Shown piece after piece: positions 22,005-32,916 of a stretch of DNA of 60,594 nucleotides. A program made the position numbers and the translations under genes. Location of the stretch: the NCBI GenBank assembly GCA_963803975.1, contig CAWDOY010000029.1:1-60594 (forward strand). The letters are read 5' to 3'. How positions within the stretch are numbered: position 1 is the stretch's first letter; every line of letters starts with the position of its first letter. A model generated the notes under the pieces. The model saw only the letters and a list, made by a program, of their open reading frames with translations. It ran no database searches and had not been told where the DNA came from. Source of the stretch: an uncultured delta proteobacterium. GTDB taxonomy: Bacteria; Desulfobacterota; WTBG01; CAIYCZ01.

Positions 22005-23702
22005 TCACGTGTTTCCTATGGTCTTAAACGGCCAGGCCACTATGCCCCCATCCATAAATGATACACGGGTAAACCCCTGCGCTTCGAGAATGCGCTGGGC
22101 TTCATAGCCCCTGAGGCTGACCTGACAAAAGGCAATAATCTCCTTCTCCTTTGGAATCTTCTGACATTCCTCCCGCAACCTGCCCAGCGGCATGAGCGTT
22201 ACCGCGGGGTGGTCGATGCGCAGGGCCTCATATTCTTTCGGGCTGCGCACGTCAAGCAGAATAAAATCCTCGCCGCGATCCATTTTTTCCTTAACCACCA
22301 GCGGGGAAATTGCTTTTGCAATTCCGCTGAATTTATTTAACATAACATGCGCTGCTGTTATCATATTATCCATCGCTGCAGAATAGGGCGGGGCATAGGC
22401 AAGATCAAAAGCGGCGATGTCCTGTATCGTTGCCTGCGAGCTTATGGCGGTTACGGCAATTTCAATGCGTTTGGCAGCGTCGCCGGGGCCGATTATCTGG
22501 CTGCCCAGGAGCCTGCCGCTCTTTTTATCTGCGATAAGCTTGATAATAATAGTGGCCTTTCCCGGATAATAGTGCGGACGGTCGGGCCCGGGGCAGATAA
22601 CGGTTTCTATATCAAAGCCTGAGGCTTTAGCTTCGTACTCAGACAGGCCGGTTCTGGCAATGGTATAGTCAAGCACTTTGCAAATCGCGGTCCCCAGCAC
22701 CCCGGGGAACGGACTCCCGCGGCCGGCGATGTGGTCCGCAATACACCTGCCGTGCTTGTTTGCTGTTGAGCCAAGCGGCGCATATATCTTTTTCCCGTTA
22801 ATACGATGCGTATTTTCAACGCAGTCTCCCCCGGCATAGATATCAGGGTCGCTGGTCTGCAAATATTCATTAACCTGAATGGCCCGGGTCACACCGATGG
22901 CAAGCCCTGCTTTTTTAGCCAGTTCCACATTCGGCCGCACGCCAACCGCAAGCAATACCAGATCAGCCTGCAGTTCGCGCTTATCAGTAATCACGCGCTG
23001 TATCAACCCGTCTTTGTTTCCCTCGCATCGAAGCACTTTCTCCCCGGTATAAACATGTATCCCTTTCTGGCTCACGTATCGAGCTGCCAGAAGCCCCATG
23101 TCCTTATCAAGGACAGCAGGGAAAATCCAGTCAAGCATTTCCACTACTGTCACATCTATGCCAAGGTGGTAAAATGCTTCAGCCATTTCCATGCCTACCA
23201 GACCAGAGCCGACAATCACGGCTTTTTTGACAGATTTTTCGGCGACGCGCGTCTTTATTTTCACACCATCTTCTATGGTCCTCAGCGTATAGATTCCATT
23301 GAGGTGCACCCCTTCGATGGGCGGGATGACCGGTTCCCCTCCGACCGCAAGAATCAATTTGTCATAGGGAAATTCTTTTCGTTCTCCGGTAGCCGCATGT
23401 ACAGCCTTTACTACCTTCTTCTGTCGATCGATTTCCTCCGCACAGGTATTGATATGGACGGTGACTCCCTTGACATTTTTAAAATAACCGGCATCACGGA
23501 CAACGCCGATGGCCGTGCTCATCAGTTCTTTCTCATCTTTAATTACATCTGAGATGAAATACGGCAGTCCGCATCCCCCGTAGGAGACAATGCCGCCTTT
23601 TTCAAGAATGGTTACTTCGGCTTCTGCATCAAGCCGTTTGATGCGGGATGCAGCTTTGCAGCCCGCAGCCACCCCGCCGATGATAAGCACCTTTTTGTTC
23701 AT
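22005..23702 (-). CDS. FAD-dependent CoA-disulfide/persulfide reductase with C-terminal rhodanese domain
   Basis: IGGVAAG, SYGGCGLPY, AGGDC, LAYAPPYS, DVRSPKE...FCQVSLRG. Confidence 0.9.
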   Translation of the reverse strand: MNKKVLIIGGVAAGCKAASRIKRLDAEAEVTILEKGGIVSYGGCGLPYFISDVIKDEKELMSTAIGVVRDAGYFKNVKGVTVHINTCAEEIDRQKKVVKAVHAATGERKEFPYDKLILAVGGEPVIPPIEGVHLNGIYTLRTIEDGVKIKTRVAEKSVKKAVIVGSGLVGMEMAEAFYHLGIDVTVVEMLDWIFPAVLDKDMGLLAARYVSQKGIHVYTGEKVLRCEGNKDGLIQRVITDKRELQADLVLLAVGVRPNVELAKKAGLAIGVTRAIQVNEYLQTSDPDIYAGGDCVENTHRINGKKIYAPLGSTANKHGRCIADHIAGRGSPFPGVLGTAICKVLDYTIARTGLSEYEAKASGFDIETVICPGPDRPHYYPGKATIIIKLIADKKSGRLLGSQIIGPGDAAKRIEIAVTAISSQATIQDIAAFDLAYAPPYSAAMDNMITAAHVMLNKFSGIAKAISPLVVKEKMDRGEDFILLDVRSPKEYEALRIDHPAVTLMPLGRLREECQKIPKEKEIIAFCQVSLRGYEAQRILEAQGFTRVSFMDGGIVAWPFKTIGNT

Positions 23703-23859
23703 GTTTTTCCTCCCGTTCATAAGTGAAAATCCTGCGGCACGATACACTACGTGCGGTTACCCTTCCCTCTCTCCCGTGCCAGCTCCCGGATCACGCACTG
23801 CGTTCTGAATTTGCAGTACAGCGCGGGATCGAGACACTCGCAGCACTCTTCTGTATCTC

Positions 23860-24697
23860 TCATATGAATATTTTTAACTGCGCGTCCTCGCCAAACTCCC
23901 CGGCCTTTTCTTTAAGCCAGGCTTCCATGGGTGAAAAGTCAGCTGCTATGGCCTTTTCCGGGCAGAGCCGCATGCAGTTGTAGCACAGAATGCAGGTTTC
24001 ACCGAAGCAGGGATAGGGGTCAAGGGTAATCGCGCCGGCAGGGCATATCTCAGAACATACCGGACATTTTGTACATGCGTCCTTCAGTACCTGGCGCTGG
24101 GGAAGCATCTGCCGCGCAGCCTTGATGGAGAGCTTCGCCATGGAGTTATACACATCTTCCGGCTGATAATTAAGCTCTGCGAGCGGTACGGTGCTGACTG
24201 GTTGCGCTTTAAGTTTCGCGGCAACCTTTTTGACCATCTCCGCAACCTTGTGATCATCGGCAGCATCAGGCCGGCCTTCTCCCAGCGGATGACTGAACTG
24301 CCACATGAGAGAATGGGCAGCAGCTATTTTTGCCGCGCCGATTACCGGGAAACCTTTTTTATAAAGCATCGTTCCCATTTCGTGCAGGGCAATACCGCTC
24401 GTCACCGCGCCCCAGGTCACAAACGGAACGCTGTAGCCTTTGAGCGTTGCCCGGCAAACGTTCAATAAATTCCATGACCGGGGGAACAGCATGAAACGCG
24501 TACACCGGGGAGCCGATGAAAAGCACGCTGTCCTGCCTGATTTCTTTTATCCGGGTTTTAACCGCAACAGCGTTTTTCGTGTCGCAAAGATCAATCATGA
24601 CAGGAGCTTGGCCGAGGTCAGCAAGTGTTTTTCCGATGACCTCTGCCACATGTTTGGTGCTTCCGGCAGGCGAACAGTAAATGACAAATGCGTTCAT
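23860..24697 (-). CDS. EFR1-family flavodoxin-ferredoxin fusion, frameshifted near 24460
   Basis: N-terminal YCSPAGST...GSPVY; C-terminal GRPD, CTKCPVCSEICP, CILCYNCMRLCP. Confidence 0.85.
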
Positions 24698-24895
24698 ATA
24701 ATAATCCTCTTATGAATGTTAAACAATATCCGACAGAGGAGTCAGGCAAACTGCTGATAGCCGTCGAGCCGTTCGGCCCAGGCTAGGTCAGGGCTGCAGC
24801 TAAGCTGTTAACTTATTAGGAACGAGGTGTCGGTTTCGTCTGACGCAACGTCGAAGATCAGTGTACTCAGCGGATGCATGTTTTTCACCAGCCTG

Positions 24896-25228
24896 CTAAT
24901 GGGTCCATTCCAGAATGCGAATACCAGGGCCAACCTTTTTTATAACCGCATCCCGCATCTTGTTAAAAAACGGGCAGGGAAACTCAATGGGATTTCCCTT
25001 GCTGATGCAGGAGGCAAAAGCAATCACCTCAGCGCCCCGCTCAGCCATGAGCTTTGCCCGGGGAACAGCCCGCTTGCCGGGACAGCCGCCGCAGGAAACA
25101 AATCCCACAATTTCAACTGCGCCGGTTTCCTTAAAAGCGCCGCTGCCCTCTCTGGCAGCTTTAAAATCGGCATCAGCCGGGCACATATCTTCAGTCTGCT
25201 GACATCGAATAATCCCTGCTTTCACCAT
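24896..25228 (-). CDS. CGGC domain protein
   Basis: GIIRC...C...GFVSCGGCPGK...ASC...CP. Confidence 0.9.
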   Translation of the reverse strand: MVKAGIIRCQQTEDMCPADADFKAAREGSGAFKETGAVEIVGFVSCGGCPGKRAVPRAKLMAERGAEVIAFASCISKGNPIEFPCPFFNKMRDAVIKKVGPGIRILEWTH

Positions 25229-25391
25229 AAAAGCCTCCTCTTGAGAGAACTGTCATCTGGTCATGATTTGACAAGAATTAAAAAAGTCCGCTAAAGAAGA
25301 CACACTAAGCACTATAACAATAATAGAGCAAGAAATCTATCTCCTTGCAGCCGGCATCAGCCTCTTCTGTTCAGCCTTTCCATGATTCCTC

Positions 25392-25438
25392 TTGACAAAC
25401 AGGTATAGCCCGGCTATATTATTGGCATATGCTAATAA
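25392..25438 (+). promoter_or_regulatory. Sigma70 promoter with overlapping palindromic operator
   Basis: TTGACA-N17-TATATT (25392-25420); near-palindrome TTATTGGCATATGCTAATAA (25419-25438). Confidence 0.65.
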
Positions 25439-25451
25439 AAATGAGGCAGCT

Positions 25452-25928
25452 ATGTCAAGACCTTTTAAGTGCCGGCATATCGGCTGCGAGCCGGGAACAA
25501 AGTATTTCAAGCCGCGGGGGATTCCGCTTACAGAGCTGCAGGAAGTAGTTCTGACCGTGGATGAGTTTGAGGCCGTGCGGCTTGCTGATTTAGAAGGGCT
25601 GTACCAGCAAGCGGCCGCAGAAAAGATGAAGATATCACGGCAGACCTTCGGCAATATCATAAGAGGCGCTCATGGGAAAATTGCTGACGCGATAATTAAC
25701 GGCAAGGCAGTAAAAATAGAGGGCGGTGTCTATACCAGGGCGGAAAAGCGAATGTTTATCTGTGAAGAGTGTTCCCATGACTGGGAACTTGGTTATGGAA
25801 CGGGCAGGCCGCGGGAATGCCCGAAATGTAAAAGCAGTATCATCCATAGAGCTGCACCGGATAAAGACCCTGCTCCTAAAGGTGCCTGTTGCCATGGAAA
25901 AAAACAACGAAAAAGGAGAAGCGAATGA
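25452..25928 (+). CDS. DUF134 domain DNA-binding protein with C-terminal zinc ribbon
   Basis: MSRPFKCR, FKPRGIP, EFEAVRLAD, MKISRQTF, CEEC...CPKC. Confidence 0.9.
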   Translation: MSRPFKCRHIGCEPGTKYFKPRGIPLTELQEVVLTVDEFEAVRLADLEGLYQQAAAEKMKISRQTFGNIIRGAHGKIADAIINGKAVKIEGGVYTRAEKRMFICEECSHDWELGYGTGRPRECPKCKSSIIHRAAPDKDPAPKGACCHGKKQRKRRSE

Positions 25929-26290
25929 AAATATGTATCCCGACTGAAACCAATGCAGGAAAAGAAGCACCAGTGTACGGCCATTTCGGCAGCGCGCCCT
26001 ATTTCACCATCTGTGACCTCACGGACGATACCATCGAAATAGTTGATAACACCAACCAGCACCATGAGCATGGCATGTGCCAGCCGGTCAGCGCCCTGGC
26101 AGGCAGAGTCGTCAACGCGGTGGTTGTCGGCGGCATGGGCGGGCGGGCAGTGATGATGCTCAATGAAAGCGGCATTAAAACCTTCCGGGCAGTCCCGGGG
26201 AGTGTTGCAGATGTAATCAAGCGGTATAAAGAAGGCGTGCTGGAAGAGTTAACCGTTAAAAATGCCTGCGCCAGCCACGACTGTCATTAA
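25925..26290 (+). CDS. NifB/NifX family (FeMo-cofactor-binding-like) protein
   Basis: HFGSAPYF, HEHGMC, VVVGGMG. Confidence 0.9.
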   Translation: MKICIPTETNAGKEAPVYGHFGSAPYFTICDLTDDTIEIVDNTNQHHEHGMCQPVSALAGRVVNAVVVGGMGGRAVMMLNESGIKTFRAVPGSVADVIKRYKEGVLEELTVKNACASHDCH

Positions 26291-26390
26291 GCGGCAGCGC
26301 CTTCTGCAGATTTTTAAAAAACCTCCGCAAGTTTTTCTCTGCCGGCCTGTTTATTAAAGTAGAGATACAAACATATAAGGAGGCAGTGCT

Positions 26391-26936
26391 ATGAAAAAAT
26401 CAATAATCATATCCATGCTTTTCGTCGCAGCTTTGCTGTGGGCCTTTTCCGCGGAAGCCCAGTGGTGGGGTCGAGGAGGAGGCGGCAGAGGTGCCGGTCC
26501 CTGCTGGCAGAATGATACGTACGGGCTTAATCTGACACAGGACCAGACTGCAAAACTCAATACCCTGCACCAGGCCTTCCGGAAAGACACCGCTGCTCTC
26601 AGCACCAGGATTAATCAAAAGCAGCTGGAATTGAACAGCCAGCTTCTTGAGCCGGCCCCTGATGCCGGAAAAATCTCTGTACTGCAAAAAGAAATCTCCG
26701 GCCTTCAGCTGCAGTTCAATGAGAAAAGAGTGTCCTGCCAGCTTGAGGCACGAAAAATTCTCACCCCGGAGCAGATAGCGCAGCTCCCGGCGGGCTGTAC
26801 TTTTGGATTTGGCAATGTGACCGGCCGTGGTCAGGGATATGGCTGCGGTATGGGCCCGGGCTGCGGAAGCGGTTACGGAAGGGGTTATGGATGCGGCAGA
26901 GGTCCCGGCTACGGCAGAGGGTGCGCGTGGTGGTAA
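26391..26936 (+). CDS. Spy/CpxP/ZraP-family periplasmic protein
   Basis: Signal peptide, LNLTQDQ and ILTPEQ motifs, Gly/Cys-rich tail. Confidence 0.85.
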   Translation: MKKSIIISMLFVAALLWAFSAEAQWWGRGGGGRGAGPCWQNDTYGLNLTQDQTAKLNTLHQAFRKDTAALSTRINQKQLELNSQLLEPAPDAGKISVLQKEISGLQLQFNEKRVSCQLEARKILTPEQIAQLPAGCTFGFGNVTGRGQGYGCGMGPGCGSGYGRGYGCGRGPGYGRGCAWW

Positions 26937-26985
26937 AATATTTTCAACATTTCATCCCGGCAGCAAGGTAGAAGGCTCAATCAAT

Positions 26986-27022
26986 AAAAGGGAGGCAGCT
27001 CATAAAGTTGCTTCCCTTTTTT
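26986..27022 (+). terminator. Rho-independent terminator
   Basis: AAAAGGGAGGCAGCT / AGTTGCTTCCCTTTTTT. Confidence 0.7.
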
Positions 27023-27110
27023 GCATGCTTATTGACATATATCATGATTGTGGTCTATGTTTTTTACAGCAACATAACTTGTGCCCGTATGAAAGGAGGC
27101 CTGAAAGTCA

Positions 27111-27635
27111 ATGAAATCATCAGATGACAAAAAATACTGGAGCCCCTATCTCGCGGGAGCCTTAAGCGGTCTGGTGCTGGTTTTATCGGTCTGGGTTACC
27201 GGAAAATTTTATGGCACCTCAACCACGTTTGTCAGGGCCGCGGGAATGGTTGAAAAAATCTTTGACGCCACGCGTGTGGCCCGCATGGACTATTTCATCA
27301 AGGAAGTGCCCATGATCGACTGGCAGTGGATGTTTGTAATAGGGATATTTATAGGCTCTCTTATTGCCGCGAAAACATCCGGCACCTTTTCCTGGCAGGC
27401 AGTTCCCGGCATGTGGCAGAAGCGTTTCGGCTCAAGCATCAGCAAACGGGCAGTGGTTGCCTTCATCGGCGGTGTCATAGGAATGTTTGGCGCACGCCTT
27501 GCTGATGGCTGCCCGTCAGGCCATGGGCTGAGCGGCTCGGTGCAGCTGGCAATGAGCGGATTTGTTTCGCTGATCTGCTTCTTCATCGGCGGCGCTCTGG
27601 TTGCCCGCATTATATATAAAGGAGGTGACCGATGA
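27111..27635 (+). CDS. YeeE/YedE sulfur-compound transporter half (pair 1, A)
   Basis: WSPYLAG, FGARLADGCPSGHGLSG. Confidence 0.9.
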   Translation: MKSSDDKKYWSPYLAGALSGLVLVLSVWVTGKFYGTSTTFVRAAGMVEKIFDATRVARMDYFIKEVPMIDWQWMFVIGIFIGSLIAAKTSGTFSWQAVPGMWQKRFGSSISKRAVVAFIGGVIGMFGARLADGCPSGHGLSGSVQLAMSGFVSLICFFIGGALVARIIYKGGDR

Positions 27636-28162
27636 TGAACACACTTCTGTATGGCCTCATTACCGGCATATTGTTCGGCTTTCTTTTGCAGCGGGGGCAG
27701 GTGCTGCGCTATGACAAACAGCTGGGCGCGCTCCGGTTTTTTGATATGACCATAGTTAAATTCATGCTGTCAAGCGTGCTGGTGGGGATGATCGGCGTGT
27801 ACTTTTTGAAGGACCTGGGACTGGCAACCCTTTCAGTCAAACAGACCGTTCTCGGGGGCAATATTCTTGGCGGCCTTATCTTCGGCATTGGCTGGGCACT
27901 GCTTGGCTACTGTCCCGGGACTTCTCTCGGCGCGCTGGGTGAAGGCCGGTGGGACGGGCTGTGGGGAATTCTCGGGATGCTGGCCGGCGCCGCGCTTTTC
28001 GCGGAGGCCTATCCCGTCATAAAAAAGACGGTTTTAACCTGGGGCAACTTCGGAGCAATCACCCTGCCGCAGGCGCTGGGAATAAATCACTGGCTTATAA
28101 TCATTCCCTTTATTATTGGAGGGATTCTGCTTTTCAGATGGTTTGAGAAAAAAGGCCTGTAA
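27632..28162 (+). CDS. YeeE/YedE sulfur-compound transporter half (pair 1, B)
   Basis: GILFGFLLQRG, GGLIFGIGWALLGYCPGT. Confidence 0.9.
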   Translation: MMNTLLYGLITGILFGFLLQRGQVLRYDKQLGALRFFDMTIVKFMLSSVLVGMIGVYFLKDLGLATLSVKQTVLGGNILGGLIFGIGWALLGYCPGTSLGALGEGRWDGLWGILGMLAGAALFAEAYPVIKKTVLTWGNFGAITLPQALGINHWLIIIPFIIGGILLFRWFEKKGL

Positions 28163-28188
28163 AGAATAGCTGTTTAAGAAAATAGACA

Positions 28189-28635
28189 ATGAAAAATAGT
28201 GTCGTGTTTACTGGATTGCTCATTTGTTTATTGGGCTTTTTTAGGGCAGCTCCTGCTGCTGCGCTGAGAAAGATCCCCGCCCCGGAGCTATTTTATATTA
28301 AATGTATCAAATGTCATGGGGCGGATGAGTCGTTAAAGCGTCACGCGTCAAAAGAGCAATTTTTGGTTATGATACGGACTATGCAGTTTGGGGCAAACGT
28401 TTCAGACCGGGAGATGGAGCGAATAGCCGCTTTCCTCGGGCATCCGGACCGCCCTTTGTTTGAAGTGAAATGCACCCGGTGCCATGATATGAATCGCATC
28501 CAACAGGCGCGGCTGGAAAGAAAAAAAGATGCAGCGTTAAAGGCACTCGTGGAGAGGATGAGAACGATGGACAAATCATGGATATCAGAGAAAGATGGCG
28601 CGGCGATATATCAGTATTTAATTTCCATCTATTAA
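28189..28635 (+). CDS. Small periplasmic diheme cytochrome c
   Basis: Signal peptide; CIKCH and CTRCH, each with a downstream Met. Confidence 0.8.
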   Translation: MKNSVVFTGLLICLLGFFRAAPAAALRKIPAPELFYIKCIKCHGADESLKRHASKEQFLVMIRTMQFGANVSDREMERIAAFLGHPDRPLFEVKCTRCHDMNRIQQARLERKKDAALKALVERMRTMDKSWISEKDGAAIYQYLISIY

Positions 28636-28683
28636 TGCTGGGGACCGGGCAGCAGAAGAATTCGGAAAATTAACCGCTAAACA

Positions 28684-29410
28684 ATGGAGGCCGTGATGAC
28701 CAAAGAGGAACTTATCCGCACGCTGAAAGAGGATTTGGAAGTTAAAAAGGAAGTGATCGCGCTGAAGGCGGTAAAAGAGCCGCCGGCGGGTGTTCCCCCG
28801 TACCAGGGCCAGGCCATACCGGGCATGTGCGCTCTCCTGGGAGAGCTTCTGCGGGAAGGCGGCGTCTATTATGTCACTAAAGACAACCTCGGCTGCTTCA
28901 TGTCGCTTCTGGGCACCGGCACCTGTAAGCAGATGCCGCGGGACCAGTATCTTGAATTTATGATCAGCCAGAATGAAGCCTATCGCCTGCACCAGGATGC
29001 GGCCACGGTGGTGAAATATAATGACCGGGTGGACAGCTTCTTTAAATATCCTGAAGTCTCCGGCACCGGGATGGTGGTCGGCACGCTGGCAAAGTGTCGA
29101 TGACCCGGACCTGGTGTTTCTTATCGTGACCCCTCACCAGACAGATATTTTAAACCGCTGCCGCGCGTACCTGGGCGATTACTCGCGCGGCTTTGGCGGA
29201 AGCGGCTCCTGCATCTTTAATATCCGCTATTCATTTGTCACCAATGACCCGTGCTTTTCCGTGAGCGATACAGCATGGAGAGTTTTTGCGGCTCTGGGAC
29301 GGGATGAATTGACTTATACCTTCCCCTATGCAAAGCTTATGGAAATCGCCGACCAGATAAAACCCACGGCAGAGTATATCAACAATCTCTATACATCGTT
29401 AGTTTCATAA
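28684..29410 (+). CDS. DUF169-family protein, frameshifted near 29095
   Basis: 28684..29103 plus 29021..29410; GMC, NLGC, DPDLVFL, DELTYTFP. Confidence 0.7.
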
Positions 29411-29481
29411 GGTAAGACCATGGACCATAACGCTCGCTCATAATCTGAATAAACCAACCGGGGTCTGGAGATGCTCAGCCA

Positions 29482-30309
29482 ATGATTGCCGCCATTGTAT
29501 GGAATGTAAGCCCTGAGATTTTTCGCATTGGAAATTTCGCGCCGCGCTGGTACGGCGTCCTGTTCGCCCTTTCATTTTATGTCGGCTACCTCATCCTGAC
29601 CGGGGCTTTCAACAAGGAAGGCGTGCCGATAAAGGTGCTTGATTCCCTAATCCTCTATATCGGCGTTGCGGTCCTGATCGGCGCGCGCCTGGGGCATTGC
29701 CTGCTGTACGAGCCGGGATATTATCTGCAGCACCCGCTGGAGATGTTAAAAATCTGGCAGGGAGGCCTGGCAAGCCACGGCGCTGCAATCGGCATACTGA
29801 TTGCCATCTATATTTTTTCCAAGCGATATAAGAAACCGTATTTGTGGGCTTTAGACCGCGTTGTCATTGTCACGGCCCTGGCCGGATTTTTTATCCGCAT
29901 GGGGAACCTTTTGAACTCTGAAATCTACGGGGTTGAAACAACGCTCCCCTGGGGGTTCATCTTCGCGCAGAATCAGGAAACAGTGCCCCGCCACCCGACC
30001 CAGATTTATGAAGCGCTTGCCTATCTTGCCATCTTTATCCTTCTCTACGGCATATACCGTAAAAAAGGCACAACCCTGAGAGACGGTTTTTATTCCGGCG
30101 TCTTTCTTGCGCTCGTATTTTCCACGCGCTTTTTTATTGAATTTGTCAAAAACACCCAGGTTGATTTTGAAAAGGGGATGTTTTTAAACATGGGGCAGCT
30201 GTTAAGCATTCCCTTTATAATAACCGGCATGGTTCTCTGGTACTTCAGTCTTGGAAAAAGACCGCAGCCGGAACCAGTAAAGAAAAAAACCAAAAAGGGG
30301 CACCCATGA
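29482..30309 (+). CDS. lgt: Prolipoprotein diacylglyceryl transferase
   Basis: RWYG, GARLGH, GGLASHG, RMGN, RHPTQIYE, MGQLLS. Confidence 0.95.
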   Translation: MIAAIVWNVSPEIFRIGNFAPRWYGVLFALSFYVGYLILTGAFNKEGVPIKVLDSLILYIGVAVLIGARLGHCLLYEPGYYLQHPLEMLKIWQGGLASHGAAIGILIAIYIFSKRYKKPYLWALDRVVIVTALAGFFIRMGNLLNSEIYGVETTLPWGFIFAQNQETVPRHPTQIYEALAYLAIFILLYGIYRKKGTTLRDGFYSGVFLALVFSTRFFIEFVKNTQVDFEKGMFLNMGQLLSIPFIITGMVLWYFSLGKRPQPEPVKKKTKKGHP

Positions 30310-32031
30310 AATTCAGAGAAAATAATAATCCGCGGTTCTGTAACGTTCACAAAGCTTTTTTTCATTGCTGCAGTCTCCAGTTGTTTTTTTGCCTGCACAC
30401 CGGGGCCCGTTACCGTAAGCCCGGAGGTTGCCGCTATTATTAAAGAAAAATGTGCCGGCTGCCATTCTGAAAAACTTGTCAAGCTGCCGGAGATTGCCTA
30501 TAAGCAGTATCCCGGCGGGTGCGGCGGGTGTCACGTGCCCCTGCCTGAGGGCCACTCCAGTGACCGATGCGTAGAGTGCCACAGCTCTCCTGCAGCAACT
30601 CATTTTGCTTTGCGCGACAGCGATGATCAGACCCGGCTGCGCGCTGATGCTGAGATTGCGTGCATCAAATGCCATACGGGTGATTTTCATAAAATGGGAA
30701 AAGGGTTCCCGCCGCTCACGAAAGACGAGGAAATTATCAAATACGCCCGACAGGGGACCCTGCGGTCATGGATTCAGCCCGGCGGCTCCATGGCGAAATA
30801 CCTGACCGGGAAAGAAGCAAAGACCCTGACCGCCTGGGTAGATTCCATATCGCGCAACCGGGCGCTAGATTATGACCCGTATCTTGACGCAATCAGGATT
30901 GATTCTGATTTTGACATCAGCGGCAGCAATGACAGCCCTGCATGGGACGAGGCCCCGGAACATCTCGTAACCTTAGGCCCCACGCCGCTTGCTTCACTGG
31001 CAGGTCCGGCCCCGGCCTCACAGGTTGATCAGGTTACGCTCAAGGCCCTCTATTCTCATACGTATCTCTATATACGCGCTGAATACAAAGACCCGACCCT
31101 GAGCATGACCCGGGCAGGCTCAGGGCTTTATGATGCTGCTGCCGGGACGTGGAGCCACCCTCAGGCAGTAAAATTATATGAACAGATGTTTCCTGCCGCG
31201 GAAGTATACACCCGGCAGGCAGAGGACGGGCTCGGCTTTATCTGGAATATTTCCATCCCCGGATTTCGGGACAAGTATGGCTGCGCTGTCAAGTGCCACG
31301 GCAGCGACCCGGGGGCAAGCTGTTTTACTGATACCAAAGGGGCTGCGGCTGACATCTGGCATTCCCGGGCCGCAAGCGGCATGGCCGCGCTGTCCGTCAC
31401 GCAGGCGGAAACGCCCGAGCTCTCCGCGGCGAGCGGCAGTTATGAGGCAACTGAAGGTGAGGCGGGCTTGAGCGGCTATGCTGATGATAACTATTTAACC
31501 TGGTACATGGACCTTGCCGGCGGGTATAACACAACGGACGCCGGAAGTATTAATGATGCGGGGAGCAGCTCCTTCGGCAGCAACTTGAGCGCGGATAAAC
31601 AAGCGCCCCGGTATCTTGAGAAGCACCCTGATAATTATATGGATGCCATGGCGCTCACCCAACAGGAGATTGACGCGGGGGAAGTAATCATCGCCGACCC
31701 TGATGACCCGCAGTACGCGGGCAAAGATGCGGTCGCGGCAGCATGGGCTTATTATGAAGCCGTAAACGCGGTGGTCCCGGAGATGGTTCTTGAGACCCCT
31801 TCCGGCAGCGAGAAAGATGTGCGCGTTGCCGCGACATGGAAGAGCGGCCTCTGGACCGTTCAGTTTAAGCGCAAGCTCGTAACCAGCAGCTGTGACGATG
31901 TGCAGTTTTTCCCCTTACGGGAATATGAATTCAGCGTTACCGCCTTTGATAACTGCGGCTGGGGAGAGGTCCCGCCCATGCATAACACCTATGGCAACGG
32001 GCAGTACCAGGTTTTGCGTTTTAAGAAATAA
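30306..32031 (+). CDS. Multiheme c-type cytochrome lipoprotein fused to an ethylbenzene-dehydrogenase-gamma-like heme domain
   Basis: The frame is open upstream of 30535: lipobox FFAC, CAGCH, CGGCH, CVECH, CIKCH, then VTLKALY, CAVKCH, DIWH, WTVQFKRKL; ATG at 30306 is off by one base. Confidence 0.75.
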
Positions 32032-32081
32032 TCGCGTCCGGAAAGACAAGGCTCCTGAGCAAGTTGTTGAAAAAATTTTTT

Positions 32082-32222
32082 CAGGCTGGTCAAAAACATC
32101 CAGATGCAAGGCGCGCGAAATCAAGAGGAATGAGGCGTACTGTTTCCGTACGTCGCGAAGTGACAGAGCAGGATGAGCGCGAAGCACGGGAGCGCCAGCG
32201 ATGGGTGTTTTTCAACGGCCTG
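32082..32222. repeat. MITE-like element, copy 2
   Basis: Same termini and core as 21049-21173. Confidence 0.8.
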
Positions 32223-32235
32223 TTAGAGGTTCCCC

Positions 32236-32781
32236 ATGAAGGCAATAATCGTTTACTGGTCAAAGACCGGCAACACCGAGAAAGCGGCACGGGCCATCGA
32301 GGAAGGTTTCACGGAGGCCGGAGCGGACGTCCTGCTCACGAGCGTTGAGGATGCCGGGGATATCGACTTTTTTGCCTATGATCTGGTGTGCATCGGCTTT
32401 CCCTCCTACCAGTGGCGGGTGCCCAAACCCATGGATGAATTTATCAAAACAAAGTTCAACACCTACCGCAACCAGAAGCGCGTCATAGAAGGGGCGCCGA
32501 AGCTGCCGGGTAAAAACGCGGTAATCTTCTGCACCTATTCCGGCCCCCATACCGGCATTCGCGAGGCCATACCGCCGGTGCTGTATGCCGGGCAGTTCTT
32601 CGAGCACCTGGGGTTCACCATCCTTGGTGAATGGTACGTGGTGGGCGAGTTTCACGGCTCTCTTGAGGCAAGCACCAAAGGACGGCTGGGAGACATCCGC
32701 GGCCGTCCCAACGAGGAAGACCTGCGCGCGATAAAGCTCGATGCAATTCAGGTGGCAAAGAAGCTTAAAGAAATGCCGTAA
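32236..32781 (+). CDS. Flavodoxin domain protein
   Basis: YWSKTGNTEK, GFPSY, FCTYSGPHTG. Confidence 0.85.
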   Translation: MKAIIVYWSKTGNTEKAARAIEEGFTEAGADVLLTSVEDAGDIDFFAYDLVCIGFPSYQWRVPKPMDEFIKTKFNTYRNQKRVIEGAPKLPGKNAVIFCTYSGPHTGIREAIPPVLYAGQFFEHLGFTILGEWYVVGEFHGSLEASTKGRLGDIRGRPNEEDLRAIKLDAIQVAKKLKEMP

Positions 32782-32916
32782 ATACCGTAACCAGCGACCA
32801 ACTGCCATGGCTGCAATGCGTGCCGGGTAGTATGCTATTATATATATTATATATGCCAGCCAGGCGGTCATTAATCCATTGCCGGAGCAAACACTATATC
32901 AGTATGGAGGTGAACA

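Noticed and set aside
27505..27530. Selenocysteine in the YeeE GCxSGH motif
   Set aside because: The codon is TGC (Cys) here and in the second YeeE pair.
30307..30309. Readthrough of the lgt TGA into the in-frame cytochrome
   Set aside because: An overlapping ATG with one extra A, followed by its own lipoprotein signal, explains it more simply; there is no SECIS-like hairpin or Cys context.
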